A stretch of 64,000 bases of DNA from Eledone cirrhosa (GCA_964016885.1 OZ024740.1:77934001-77998000), one strand, 5' to 3'; positions 40,570 through 53,249 are shown, counted from the stretch's first letter. The notes: a model not told the origin generated them from the sequence alone. Program-made: numbers and translations.

Positions 40570-41230
40570 ATTTGAACTCAGACGCCCCTTCATGGTCTGA
40601 GTTCAAATCCCACCGAGGTTAATTTTGCCTTTCATCCTTACGGGGTCGATAAAATAAAGCACCAGTAATACACTGGGATAATTGCTGGCCTTGTGCCAAA
40701 AGTAGAAACAATTATATATATATATATGTTGGCAGAATTGGTAAAGCACTGGACAATATGCTTTGTGGTGTATTGTTACAAAACTTTACGCTCTGAGTTC
40801 AAATCCTGCCAAGGTTAACTTTGCCTTTCATCCTTACCAATAATGCACTGGGGTCTATTTAATCAACTTTCTCCTCCCAAAATTGCTGGCCTTGTGCCTA
40901 AACCAGAAATCATTATATATCATCATCATCATCATTTAACGTCCGCTTTTCCCTGCTTGCAGGGGTGGGACGGGAACTGATTGTGGATTGATTTCTACAG
41001 CTGGATGCCCTTCCTAACACCAACCTCATTTACAGTGAGTGCTGGGTGCTTTTTTGCCGTGGCACCTCCACGACCACTTTACAGTGGAATGATAGGGACC
41101 CCAGTCCCTATCATCTCATTTCTACAGCTGAGTAAACTGGAGCAATGTGAAATAAAGTGTCTTGCTCAAGGACACAACACATCACCCGGTCTGAGAATTG
41201 AACTCACAACCTTTCGATTGCAAGGCCAAT
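40570..41230. mobile_element. SINE cluster: two family-A copies (+) and one full family-B copy (-, about 40921-41230)
   Basis: Family-A cores at 40600-40715 and 40728-40915; family-B copy has a (CAT)n tail, CTGGATGCCCTTCCTAACACCAACC and the CORE-like block. Confidence 0.9.
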
Positions 41231-43669
41231 GCATATATGTATAGGTATATGGTTGCCGAGAGAAAAGAGTACTCAATACTGAAATAGTGTTTTAATATTC
41301 ATTTTATTATGGCTAAATAGTGAATCTTATACAAGACTCACTATTTAGCCTTAATAAAATGAATACTTATATATATATTCCAACCAGAAAACTTCTGCAA
41401 AAGTAAACATGGCTAGCACAACATCTCTCTCTCTATATATATATATGTGTGTGTGTGTGTGTTAGATGTAGGCATGGATGTGATTTCAAGCTCCATCCTA
41501 CAGTGCAGCACCTTAGACAAATGTCTTCTAGCATAGTCTTGGGTTAACCAATTCCTTGTGAGAGGGTTTATTTGACAGAAACTTTTTAACAAATATGTAT
41601 GTATGTATCTGTAATTCCTGGTGGAGTTGTAGGGGCGCTGTAGTAACATACATACACTTCTTGGGCATTTTTAACCCTGATGGAAACCATCTCCTCTCCA
41701 GATCTGAACACAGATTTCTTCCAAAGAAGGAACGAGAGTGATAGAAAGGAAGTGAGAAAGAGATTCAGTGGGATGAATCAAGCACAGTACTTTTTTCATC
41801 GACCTCAAAAGGATGAAAAGCAAAGTTGACCTTGGTGGGATTTGAACTCGGAGAGCAAAGAGCCAGACTAATACCGCAAAGCATTCTAACGACTCTGCCT
41901 CCTGTTTTATACTACTTTACTTATAACTGCCACTCATATCATTACCACCTCTACTTCCCACCATCTTCACTTATCTTCCTCATTCTGTGTTTATTCATTC
42001 AATTTCTGCTTAACTGTCAGTCTGTATGCTTTGTTACTCTTTACCCCCCCCCAAAAAAAAACATTTGGATTACATTTTTATATAGGCACAAGGCCGGAAA
42101 TTTTGTAGGGGGTCCTAGTTGACTACAGACTTGATTGGGTATAATATTATGAACCCTGGAAGGTTGAAAGGCACAAATAATATATACAACACCAAAGACC
42201 CACTCACAATTACTATACCCATTCTACTGTTATCACTTCAGCATCATTTTAATCTCTTACTTCCAGTCTCCTAGTTTTCCCTGTTCTTTGTGTTTCCTTT
42301 CCCCCACAATTTCTAACCCCTTAAGTAATGATCCCTATATTTTGTTTATATTTTGATACAAATCTTACCTTGAAATTTCATATCTATTTAAAGTTACATT
42401 TCTTCAATTTCTCTGTAACTTAATTTTTTTTTCTAATGATATTTCCATCAAAATATACCATGGAAAAGATGTGCCACAATTCCAAGCCCTGCTGCCAAAT
42501 GCAAGCGGGCCACTAACATCTAAAGTCTATCTCAAGCTTGGTTTCTTTGGCATTAAACGACTGAAAGTACAAGAGTCTACCCTGGACACGATGCCAGTTC
42601 GTCACAGGTTTAAACCTCCAGATATTACTGGTACTCATTTTCAACTGAGTATACTGAAGCAATATAAATTGAAGTGTTTTGCTCAAGAAAACAACACACA
42701 ACTCAGCCCAGGAATTGAACCCATGACATGTTTGTAAGTCTAATACTAGGCTGTGTTCACAAGCAAACCACTGAGGATGATTTAAATATGGAAATATCAC
42801 ATGAAAAGTGTATTTTTTTTTGGCGGGGGGGGGGGGGTCTGCTCCAACCTGTATATACATCACACTTGTATACATGCTCTTGTCTGGAAAAAAAATCTGC
42901 TGTGTTCAGACCTGGAGAGGAGATGGTGCCCCTACAACTCCAAATGGGAGTTATAGGTCCATACATACAGCACAAGACATTCTTTTAGCACTGTGGTGGT
43001 AGCGGAGAAATAAGCGATAACTATATACAAAAGAAAGGGGGGTGACTAGGAACGAATTGTTGAAGCATCATGGAAATAAGGATAGGACATACACAGAAAC
43101 AAACATTCAGAAATATATAATAGTCCTGTTTACTAGGAGTTCTTAATATATTTGATAAGGTAAAAAAAACCCAGTTAAGCAGAGATTCAATACAATATGT
43201 TTACTTTAATGTAAAGGTTAAAGCATAATTTGGGTTCACATCATATATATTCAATCTCGATTCATCTTGTAAAAAGGTGTCCTTATATAATAGAATAAAC
43301 TTTATACGTTCTCATAATAAAGATAAAGAGAAATGTATGTACTTAGATAATAAAGAAATGAGGTGCAATAACGAAGGGGTTATATGTGCGTGTATAATGC
43401 TGATACACACATATACACACACAATTTATGAAATTTTGAGAATTATATAGGCTGTCGAAACAACCGGAGCTCAGTCGGCTCTCTCTCTCTCTCTTTATAT
43501 ATATATATATATAAATATATATATATATAAAGAAAGAAAGAGTCTGGGTCCGACAGCTGAGCTCTTGCTGTTTCAACAGCTGATCTAGAACTAGCAGTTT
43601 TCTAATATAGTCACACTCTAAGTATCAAGTACTCTGTTAAATAATGATCTAATTTAAAACTGATTTAAT

Positions 43670-43722
<53 letters not shown>

Positions 43723-43775
43723 TAAACAAATAATGAATAAACAATGAGACAGTTCCTTATATTAAACAAAAAAAG

Positions 43776-43929
43776 TTCATTATTTAACGATCGTTTCTAG
43801 GATATATATGTGTTAGAATTGGCATGCATATTCAACAGATCTATGTACAAAATTATACAAAATTATACAAACTATCAAGATTAAATATACATACCAACAC
43901 ATATATACGCCGTCTTCAGAAATAATGAA
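43776..43929 (-). ncRNA. Hammerhead-like motif with a greatly extended stem II
   Basis: Minus strand TTCATTATTT-CTGAAGA-[about 115 nt incl. TATATATGTGTT/AACACATATATA]-GAAA-CGATCG-T-T-AAATAATGAA; 10-bp perfect stem I, palindromic stem III. Confidence 0.65.
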
Positions 43930-44046
43930 GTATATTTATTGATAATAACAACAATTCAAAATTTCAGGTCCGTTTGGGAACAAAATTGACCAAAATAATA
44001 ATAATAATAAACAAGAAAGACGGTTTCAATTGTACATCTCTATTTA

Positions 44047-44114
44047 TTTTGTTATACGTATTTCAAAGACGTAAGGCAGTTGTATAACTGCCTTGCGTGT
44101 TCGCTTCAGACAAA
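44047..44114 (-). ncRNA. Hammerhead copy with core mutation (CTGAAGC), left arm of a fold-back
   Basis: Inverted copy of 44207-44276 with A9 changed to C. Confidence 0.7.
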
Positions 44115-44206
44115 AATCCAAACGAGATGTAAATATCCATTGATATGTTACCGGTCATACGTGTTATTCCCTTCGCCGACCAGTATGCTTCAATCTCGTT
44201 TGGATT

Positions 44207-44276
44207 TTTGTCTGAAGAGAACACGTAAGGCAGTTGTTATACAACTGCCTTACATCTTTGAAATACGTATAACAAA
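44207..44276 (+). ncRNA. Type-I hammerhead ribozyme with long stem II
   Basis: TTTGT-CTGAAGA-GAACACGTAAGGCAGTTG(TTATA)CAACTGCCTTACATCTTT-GAAA-TACGTA-T-A-ACAAA; palindromic stem III, predicted cleavage after 44271. Confidence 0.85.
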
Positions 44277-44548
44277 TGAAACCGTCTTTCTTGTTTATTA
44301 TTATAAAAATCCGGATGAACAAAAAGCGTGGAGTGCTTTACATATATATATATATATAATAGTAAAACACTGGTGGGTTACATCCATAGTAGTAGAGCAC
44401 TCAGTCCATGGAACGAGTTTGGTAGAAGTAGTTCAACAACAGTTAGTTCACCATACCGGTATGGTGATGGACCTGTTATTTTTATCTAAAGACATTTTTT
44501 CCAATTCCATCCCGCCCGTCCCCTCAATCTATCTTATTTCTCATTCTT

Positions 44549-44584
44549 TCTTCTGATGAAGGACTAGAGTCCGAAACGTTAAGA
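44549..44584 (+). ncRNA. Minimal Penelope-type hammerhead ribozyme
   Basis: TCTT-CTGATGA-A-GGAC(TAGA)GTCC-GAAA-CG-T-T-AAGA; stems I and II perfect, palindromic ACGT stem III. Confidence 0.85.
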
Positions 44585-44665
44585 CCCTCTTCCTGCTATA
44601 TCAAGCGTTAACCTAATATATCCCTTCCATATACTGTATCGATTGTGTTGTTATTTCTGTTTACC

Positions 44666-44699
<34 letters not shown>

Positions 44700-45269
44700 C
44701 TATTAAGGAACACTGAGGAGTGAAAGAATGTTTTTTTTATTTTATGTTCAACAAAATATTGAAATCTAACCAGTGTGGGGACAAAAGCCACGATGTTTTC
44801 GTTACTAGTGCAAGGCTCTTGTCAATTAAACAGCCTTCATTCGTTTGTCTTTCAAAATTAAGGAGTAGATCGTGCACACAATATTTAAAAATAAATCACA
44901 GATATGTATATATATATGCGCATATGTACACATAAGTGTGTGCGTATATATATAGATAGATATATGTACATGCATATTTGTATGATTATGTATATATATT
45001 ATGCTTAGTCTCCACATTTATTATTATTACTATATATATATATATAATCATTTATAATTCGTATGCGTATATATGTTTTAATATGATTTATATATATATA
45101 TGTTTGTGTGTGTGTGCGCGCGCGCAGTTCATATATTTATATATTTATCTTTCTGGCTCGTTGCTTGGCTCCTGCGTATATTTCCATGTCTAACGAACTT
45201 TTTCTGCTTGGCCGGCATTTCTCAATCATTGTTTCACATACACACTCCAGCACATCTCTCTCTCTCTCT

Positions 45270-45318
<49 letters not shown>

Positions 45319-45489
45319 CACACACATATATATATATATATTTATGTATAAATTATTGGGTGGTAATGGGAGGGGAACACAGCTAAAAAAGGTACTCAAT
45401 ACGTTTGGAGAGATGGGCATTTTCATTTTATATAGAAATGATTAATACGAATGAAACAGGTTTAGTCCTGTAGAATTTATATATATATC

Positions 45490-45542
<53 letters not shown>

Positions 45543-45585
45543 GGCTGTGTGTGTGTGTATATATATATATATACATGTATGTGGC

Positions 45586-45645
<60 letters not shown>

Positions 45646-45681
45646 TCTATGTGTGTGTGTATATATATATATATATATAGA

Positions 45682-45738
<57 letters not shown>

Positions 45739-46872
45739 ATGAATGTTTTATCACGGCAGATTTAAACAATGTCAGTGAAAAATCGTTTAACGTTTTTTTT
45801 TCTTTCTCCCCCTATTTGTCGTTTTACAATTGCATATAGAAATATTAATGGTTGACGCATACAAACTCATACACGCACGCACACACACACACACACATAT
45901 ATATATACACAAACTCACAGATACATGCCTAGACACAAATATATTTTTATATATACACAATCTCACACATACGTAGATACACACACACACATATATATAT
46001 ATTAATACATACACACTCAAATATACGTAGCTACACAAAATATATATTTATACACACTCACACATACATAGCTACACACATATATATTGATACATACACA
46101 AACTCACACACACACATATATATATATATATAGACACATACACATAACTACATACATGCTTACACACACATTGTAAACGTCAGCGTTGCATGCTAGTGTC
46201 AACATGAGTATGTATTATATACACCACAATATACACACACAAATGACGATAGTTATGTGTTGTAGTGCTAGTATTGAATGAAAATGTAGATTATATGCAC
46301 CACCATACGCACACAAATACCTTAATGTCTATTGAAATATTCAACAGTTTGTGTTTTATAATCTTTGCCACAAAACAGAACCTCTCCAAAACACGGACAG
46401 TGTCTTTTTGCGATCACTCGATCTACTAGAAATAGCAACAAAACTGCATTAAAATAACATCCTACCTAGTTAAATAAGACAATACAACAATAATTGTTTC
46501 TACTTTTGGCACAAGGCCAGCAATTATCTCAGTGCATTACTGGTACTTTATTTTATCGACCCCGTAAGGATGAAAGGCAAAGTTAACCTCGGCGGGATTT
46601 GAAACAATAATGATGTACGGTATCTTTGTGTAATGCACTACATATCGATATAAGGTTATCTACAGATGATATGCTAGAAATGGCTGGCAAATCTCCTCTA
46701 AATTATACTCTATCATATTGATAAGAGAAGGATACTCTGGATATGCAGTCGAGAAAAACGTAACGCATACATACATACATGCACATTATACACGCAGGCG
46801 CACACACGCACACACACACATTCATGTTACCTTCATGCAAGCATACATTTGTGTGTGTATGGGGGGGGGGGG

Positions 46873-47195
46873 GGGCGCATGGCAGAGAGTTGGGTACACA
46901 ATCGTAAGGTTGTGAGTTCCATTCCCGGACAGGATGATGCATTGTATCCTTGAGCAAAACACTTTATTTCACATTCCAGTTTGCTCAGCTGTTGAAATGA
47001 GTTGGTGTCAATGGTGCCAAGCTATATCGGCCTTTGTCTTTCCCGTGGACAACATTGGTGGCATGTTGAGGGGAGACAGGCATGTATGGGCGACTGCTGC
47101 TCTTCCACAAACAACCTTGCCTGGGCTTTTGCCTCTAAGGGGAACTTTTTAGGGAGCAAAACCCACGGTCATTTGTGACCGAAAGGGATCCTTAC
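46873..47195 (+). mobile_element. Family-B-related SINE with a different 3' body
   Basis: GGCGCATGG head, GAGTTCCATTCC B-box-like, TCCTTGAGCAAAACACTTTATTTCAC block. Confidence 0.75.
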
Positions 47196-47347
47196 TCTTT
47201 ATATATATATATATGCAGAAGTTATATTTAATTTGTTGGGATTCCAACAAACTTAAAAGTTTATAACTGATATAGAGCACTCAACAGTTTACTGGAGTAA
47301 ATATTCAATATATTATAAAATCGAAACTTTATTTATAAAACCATAAT

Positions 47348-47413
47348 TATTTTATTATATATATTTCAAAGGCAACCAAGGCAAATTTTGGTGCGCTTTC
47401 ATCAGATAAAATA
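47348..47413 (-). ncRNA. Hammerhead ribozyme, left arm of a fold-back palindrome
   Basis: Minus strand TATTTTAT-CTGATGA-AAGCGCACCAA..TTGGTTGCCTTT-GAAA-TATATA-T-A-ATAAAATA. Confidence 0.8.
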
Positions 47414-47531
47414 CAAAATTTGTTTTATAAATAGTGACATAACCGTGGAAAACAACCTTGACTATCCAGCGAATTTTCAACCGTCAAGGTTGTTTTCCAC
47501 GGTTATGTCACTATTTATAAAACAAATTTTG

Positions 47532-47596
47532 TATCTTATCTGATGAAAGCGCACCAAGACTGCCTTGGTTGCCCTTGAAATATATATAATAAAATA
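47532..47596 (+). ncRNA. Hammerhead ribozyme, right arm of a fold-back palindrome
   Basis: TATCTTAT-CTGATGA-AAGCGCACCAAG(ACTGC)CTTGGTTGCCCTT-GAAA-TATATA-T-A-ATAAAATA. Confidence 0.8.
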
Positions 47597-47638
47597 ATTA
47601 TGGTTTTATAAATATAGTTTCCATTTATTAATATATTG

Positions 47639-47685
<47 letters not shown>

Positions 47686-47840
47686 ATACTTTGGGAGGGT
47701 CATGTTGCCAATAAGAAACACACGCACCAGTTGCTTTCACTTCAATTTAATTTAATATATATTTATAAATTTACAAATTTATAAATTTCTGGTTGGTTGG
47801 TTGGTTGGTTCCACAACCAGATAGTTGTTTATATATATAT

Positions 47841-47885
47841 AGTCATAGTTCTTTCGTCACACACTCTGTGACCTCTTCAGTGACT
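47841..47885 (-). ncRNA. Intact minimal hammerhead ribozyme of the Penelope-like element
   Basis: AGTCA-CTGAAGA-G-GTCACA(GAGTG)TGTGAC-GAAA-GAAC-T-A-TGACT; stems I and II perfect, CUA cleavage triplet. Confidence 0.88.
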
Positions 47886-48182
47886 GGGGATTTCTTTCTT
47901 CGTTTCTGTGCCTTTCCTTTCTTCTATCCTACGCCATTTTGTTTGTGTGTGGGTTGCGTGCTCAGTTTGCGCATGCGCCACATCCGGGTGTCTGTGTGTG
48001 TTTGTGTTCATTTTTCTATTTTTCTATTTATATTTGTTTGTTTATTTATTTATTTATTGTTGGTTGGTTGTTTGTTCTATGTGTGTGTGTGTGTTTTCAT
48101 TTTGTCTTGTGTGTTTTCATTTTGTGTGTGTTTTCAATTGTAAGTTGTTTGTTCTATGTGTGTGTGTGTTTTCATTTTGTCC

Positions 48183-48710
48183 TTAATTGTAAGTTGTGAT
48201 GTTGCTGTTCCACTCATATTTTCTATTTAATTTTGGTTTTAATTCTTTTATGCTTACTGCCTCTGTAATTTGCCTAAACATTGCGTCTTTCTTGTGTGTG
48301 GATTCTATTTTTATTTCTATGCTCTCTAATTTACCCCTGTGTTCTATCTTAGCATGTTGGTAGAGCACAGATGATTCTTTACTATCTTGGAGGTCTCGCC
48401 AGTGTTCATTTATTCGTTCCCCTATACTACGAGCTGTCTCACCTATGTACACTATATTTTTGTTTCTACATTGTCCCTCAGTACATCTTATGCTATATAC
48501 TACATTTCTAGTTTTACAGTTAATATGGGGGCTTATTTTACAGGTTATACATTTCTTATCTATACATGAGGGTCTTTGGAACGGGTATGTCTTGCTAATA
48601 AGTGTTTTTACGGAGGTACCAGGTCTTTCTACTATCTTAATATTGAGATTATGTTTCTTTAGGGCCCTTCTAAATTTGTAGGCTAGTTCGCCTCTAGGGG
48701 TTGTATCAAT
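48183..48710 (-). CDS. C-terminal 175 aa of a Penelope-like ORF: Cys-rich linker plus GIY-YIG endonuclease (no start codon, RT lost)
   Basis: IDTTPRGELAYKFRRALKKHNLNIKIVERPGTSVKTLISKTYPFQRPSCIDKKCITCKISPHINCKTRNVVYSIRCTEGQCRNKNIVYIGETARSIGERINEH..QH..RQITEAVSI..PKLNRKYEW. Confidence 0.88.
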   Translation of the reverse strand: MDTTPRGELAYKFRRALKKHNLNIKIVERPGTSVKTLISKTYPFQRPSCIDKKCITCKISPHINCKTRNVVYSIRCTEGQCRNKNIVYIGETARSIGERINEHWRDLQDSKESSVLYQHAKIEHRGKLESIEIKIESTHKKDAMFRQITEAVSIKELKPKLNRKYEWNSNITTYN

Positions 48711-49204
48711 ACAACCCCTAGAGGCGACCGATAGTCGGGCCGCATTGCCATAGCGACGAAGAAAACTGAACTCAGGAAAAAAAAAAATATATATATATAT
48801 ATATCGGTGTTTTGTTACTGTTTTCTCTTTCCTTCCCCTTCGGTTTCTTTCCCTCCTTCTTCCGTTTTCTCAATAACTTATCCAGTTATTGACGCCCTGG
48901 GGCGAAGTATATTGTCTTTAAAGCGTAGAAATATCCGAGACCCAGTAGACAACTGATGAGGACCCACCCCACACCCGTTCTTGCTTTCTTCGTATTCCCA
49001 TTGCATTTTAAGTTACCTTAAATAGCAACTACACAGCCATTTCTACTCTCTCTCTCTCTCTCTCTCTAAAAACAAAATTTGTTTTGGCTCTAATCGCGAA
49101 TGCGTAAATGCATTCGTGAATTTTATATCGAATAATAATAACAATGTTATATTGTTTTAGACGACTATCGTCATCCTTTTGTTCTAGTGGTAACAGAGAG
49201 AGAA

Positions 49205-49249
49205 ACAATCGACAAATGTTTCGGGGTTATTGCCCCTTGTCAAGATTGT
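49205..49249 (-). ncRNA. Hammerhead fold with mutated core (TTGACAA)
   Basis: ACAATC-TTGACAA-GGGG(CAATAA)CCCC-GAAA-CATTTG-TC-GATTGT; all stems intact, GUC triplet. Confidence 0.7.
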
Positions 49250-49634
49250 GTACCTCTCCTTTTCTGCTACACACTAGAATTCTTGAGGGTATATAGTACT
49301 AGAATTTTCTTTCAACACGCTCGCGCGTATGTGTGTTTGTGCATATGCATACATTTATAAGTATGAGTATATAAATATAAACGCGCAAACACAGACACAC
49401 TTACAAAAATACACACTCACAAACATAGATTCACACAAATACACACTCTTATACATGCATTCACAGACAGCGTAGCAATTGGAACGCCAGCCGCTGTTTT
49501 GCTGTAGTTTTTTTCACTATCCCCTTCCTTCACACAAATACACACACATGTGTGACGGACGGACGTCGCTCACATTTATATATAGATTCTCTAAAGTATA
49601 CATCGGCTGATTAGCCTAATTTGCATACAGAGCA

Positions 49635-50079
49635 ATGTATATATGTCTGAGTGTATATATATATGTGTGTGTGTGTGTGTATACATATGTGTGTCTTTAT
49701 ATATATATGTATATATATATATATATATATATACATGTGTATATATATATACGTGTGTATATATATATATGTGTGTATATGTATGTGTATATAATGTATG
49801 TATATATATATATATATGTGTATATATGTGTGTGTGTGTATATATATATATATATGTGTGTGTGTGTATATATATATATGTGTATATGTATATATATATA
49901 GATGTGTGTATATGTGTATATATATGTATATCATGTATATGTGTATATATATGTATGTGTATATATATATATATATGTGTATATATATATATATATATAT
50001 GTGTATATATATATATATATATGTGTATATATATATATATATATGTGTATATATATATATATATGTGTATATATATATA

Positions 50080-50110
<31 letters not shown>

Positions 50111-50223
50111 GTATATCATATATATATATGTATATCATGTATGTGTATATATATATATATGTATATCATGTATATGTGTATATATATATATGTATATCAT
50201 GTATATGTGTATATATATATATA

Positions 50224-50264
<41 letters not shown>

Positions 50265-50498
50265 TGTATATATGTGTATATATATATATATATCATGTAT
50301 ATATGTGTATATATATATATATATCATGTATATATGTGTATATATATATATATATCATGTATATATGTGTATATATATATATATATCATGTATATATGTG
50401 TATATATATATATATATCATGTATATATGTGTATATATATATATATATATCATGTATATATGTGTATATATATATATGTATATCATGTATAGTTATGT

Positions 50499-50529
<31 letters not shown>

Positions 50530-50639
50530 CCATGTATATGTGTGTATATATATATACCATGTATACGTGTATATATATATATATATGTTTATATATATGT
50601 ATATCATGTATATGTGTATATATATATATATGTATATCA

Positions 50640-50688
<49 letters not shown>

Positions 50689-50909
50689 CATGTATGTGTA
50701 TATATATATGTATATCATGTATGTGTATATATATATGTATATCATGTATATGTGTATATATATATATGTATATCATGTATATGTGTATATATAAATATGT
50801 ATATCATGTATATGTGTATATATATATGTATATCATGTATATGTATATATATGTATATCATGTATATGTGTATATATATATATGTGTATATATATATATA
50901 TGTATACCA

Positions 50910-50940
<31 letters not shown>

Positions 50941-51014
50941 CATGTATATGTGTATATGTATATCATGTATATGTGTATGTGTATATATATGTGTGTATAT
51001 ATATATGTATATCA

Positions 51015-51100
<86 letters not shown>

Positions 51101-51102
51101 CA

Positions 51103-51137
<35 letters not shown>

Positions 51138-51139
51138 CA

Positions 51140-51174
<35 letters not shown>

Positions 51175-51176
51175 CA

Positions 51177-51211
<35 letters not shown>

Positions 51212-51213
51212 CA

Positions 51214-51250
<37 letters not shown>

Positions 51251-51320
51251 CATGTATATGTGTATATATATATATATATCATGTATATGTGTATATATGT
51301 GTACATATGTATATATATAT
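49635..51320. repeat. About 1.7-kb compound (TA)n/(TG)n satellite with CATGTATATGTG(TA)n unit
   Basis: Seen directly; explains the Y/I/C/V ORFs. Confidence 0.97.
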
Positions 51321-51322
51321 TA

Positions 51323-51663
51323 TGGAGGCACATGGCTTAGTGGTTAGAGCATTGGCCTTGCAATAGAAAGTTCAATTCTCAGACTTGGTGATGTGTTGTT
51401 TCCTTGAGCAACACACTTTATTTCACATTGCTCCAGTTTACTCAGGTGTAGAAGTGAGATGATGGGGACTGGTGTCCATATCATTCCACTGTAAAGTGGT
51501 CGTGGAGGTGCCACGGCAAAAAAGCACCCAGCACTCACTGTAAATGAGGTTGGTGTTAGGAAGGGCATCCAGCTGTAGAAATCAAGCCAGCATCAGTTTC
51601 CGTCCCACCCTTGCAAGCAGGGAAAAAGCGGATGTAAAATGAAATGATGATGATATGTATATC

Positions 51664-51709
<46 letters not shown>

Positions 51710-52038
51710 GTATGTATATCGTGTATATATATATATATATATCATGTATATATTTATCCTTATCAAGCCCTCTTTGGATTTTAGTCTTCAAATTTATTAT
51801 TATTACTATATATATAAGGGCGGTGGGTTGGCAGTATCGGTAGAGGGTCGGGCGCCATGCTTTGCAGCATGTAGTTACGGCTCGTTATGATCTGAGCTCA
51901 AATCCCGCCGAGGTTAACTTTACGTTTCATCCTTATGGGGTCGATAAAATAAAGTACCAGTCACGCACTGGGGTCGATTTAGTCGACTTTCCCCTCCCCC
52001 CAAATTACTGGCCTTGTGCCTATATAAGAAGCCATTAT
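51323..52038 (+). mobile_element. Full family-B SINE (51323-51652) and family-A SINE (51817-52038)
   Basis: GGAGGCACATGGCTTAGTGGTTAGAGC head through AAGGGCATCCAGCTGTAGAAA to an (ATG)n tail; then the family-A consensus. Confidence 0.9.
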
Positions 52039-52131
52039 TACTATATATATATATATCCGGGAGCTTCCAACAGAAATGGTCGCATTCTTTAAGGGTATGT
52101 CAATATTTCTTTATAAAACTGATCTATATTA

Positions 52132-52196
52132 TATTTTATCTGATGAAAGCACACCAGAATTTAACTTGGTGTACTTGAAATATGTATAATGAAATA
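52132..52196 (+). ncRNA. Hammerhead ribozyme (family of 47532)
   Basis: TATTTTAT-CTGATGA-AAGCACACCA(10 nt)TGGTGTACTT-GAAA-TATGTA-T-A-ATGAAATA; stem II differs from the 47.5 kb copy but still pairs. Confidence 0.8.
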
Positions 52197-52355
52197 AATA
52201 TGGTTTTATAAATATAGTTTCCATTTGTTAACATATCGTATTTTTACTCCAATAATTTGTTGAGTGCTTTATATCGGTTATAAAAATATTTGCTTGTTGT
52301 ATCCCAACAATATATGTGTATATATGTATATCATGTATATATGTATATATATATG

Positions 52356-52421
<66 letters not shown>

Positions 52422-52740
52422 CACACACAATCACCCAACACATGCATAGCCCGCTTTCAGACATTTACTACAACCAGTCAAACATGTATAACGTCGGGAG
52501 TTGTTATTGAAATACGAGAAAGTGTGTTAAAGTAAAATAGTTCATTCGCTTGGCAGTTTTCATTCATAAAAACATATACATTCATAAATATATAAAAAGA
52601 ATGTCGGTCTCTCTCTGTCTCTCACTCACTCACTCTCTCTCTTTGCCCCTTTGTGAATTATCAGTTCAGCAAACTCTCTCATACATATACATACGTACAT
52701 ACATTCAAACGCATGCATGGAGGAGCGGACGTAAAAACGA

Positions 52741-52783
<43 letters not shown>

Positions 52784-53249
52784 AGGTGAGTAATATTGTA
52801 GAACAATAAAATTATGCATATATCAGATAAGTAGCACTCAGCACTTGGTAGAACTTGGGTATATATAAAGAAGAAATTAAAAGATGCTTAAAAAAGTTCC
52901 ATATATTTTATTATGCGCATTTCGAAAACAATATAAATATATATATATATAAGTAGAAGGGGTATTTAATTTGTTGGAAGTCCTACAAATATAAATGTTT
53001 ATAACTGATTTAGAGCACTCAACAGTTTAATGGAGTAAATATTCAATGATATTAAATAAATGGAAACTATATTTATATAATAAAATAGAGTTTTATAAAT
53101 ATAGTTTCCATTTATTTAATATCATTATGTATGTATATATATATTAAGAATAAACACGACAAACACAGTGTTGCATAAACACAAATATATGAATAAATTG
53201 CAATGCTTTATATATATAAATTAAATTACTTCATAGGAACTATACTATA

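Larger units (their letters stand above)
47681..48727 (-). mobile_element. 5'-truncated Penelope-like element (GIY-YIG endonuclease, 3' pLTR-like region with HHR)
   Basis: Stop-free frame 48710-48183, HHR at 47841-47885, GCGCATGCGC motif near 47969, ends at (AT)n, hairpin at the 5' break. Confidence 0.9.

Noticed and set aside
44001-44033. Second case of an inversion ending at the HHR cleavage site
   Set aside because: Equally explained by an ACAA microhomology deletion in the right arm.
49611-51366. Long Y/I/C/V-rich ORFs here and at 22.7, 26.8, 45.5 and 61.7 kb
   Set aside because: Dinucleotide repeats lack stop codons; no coding signal.
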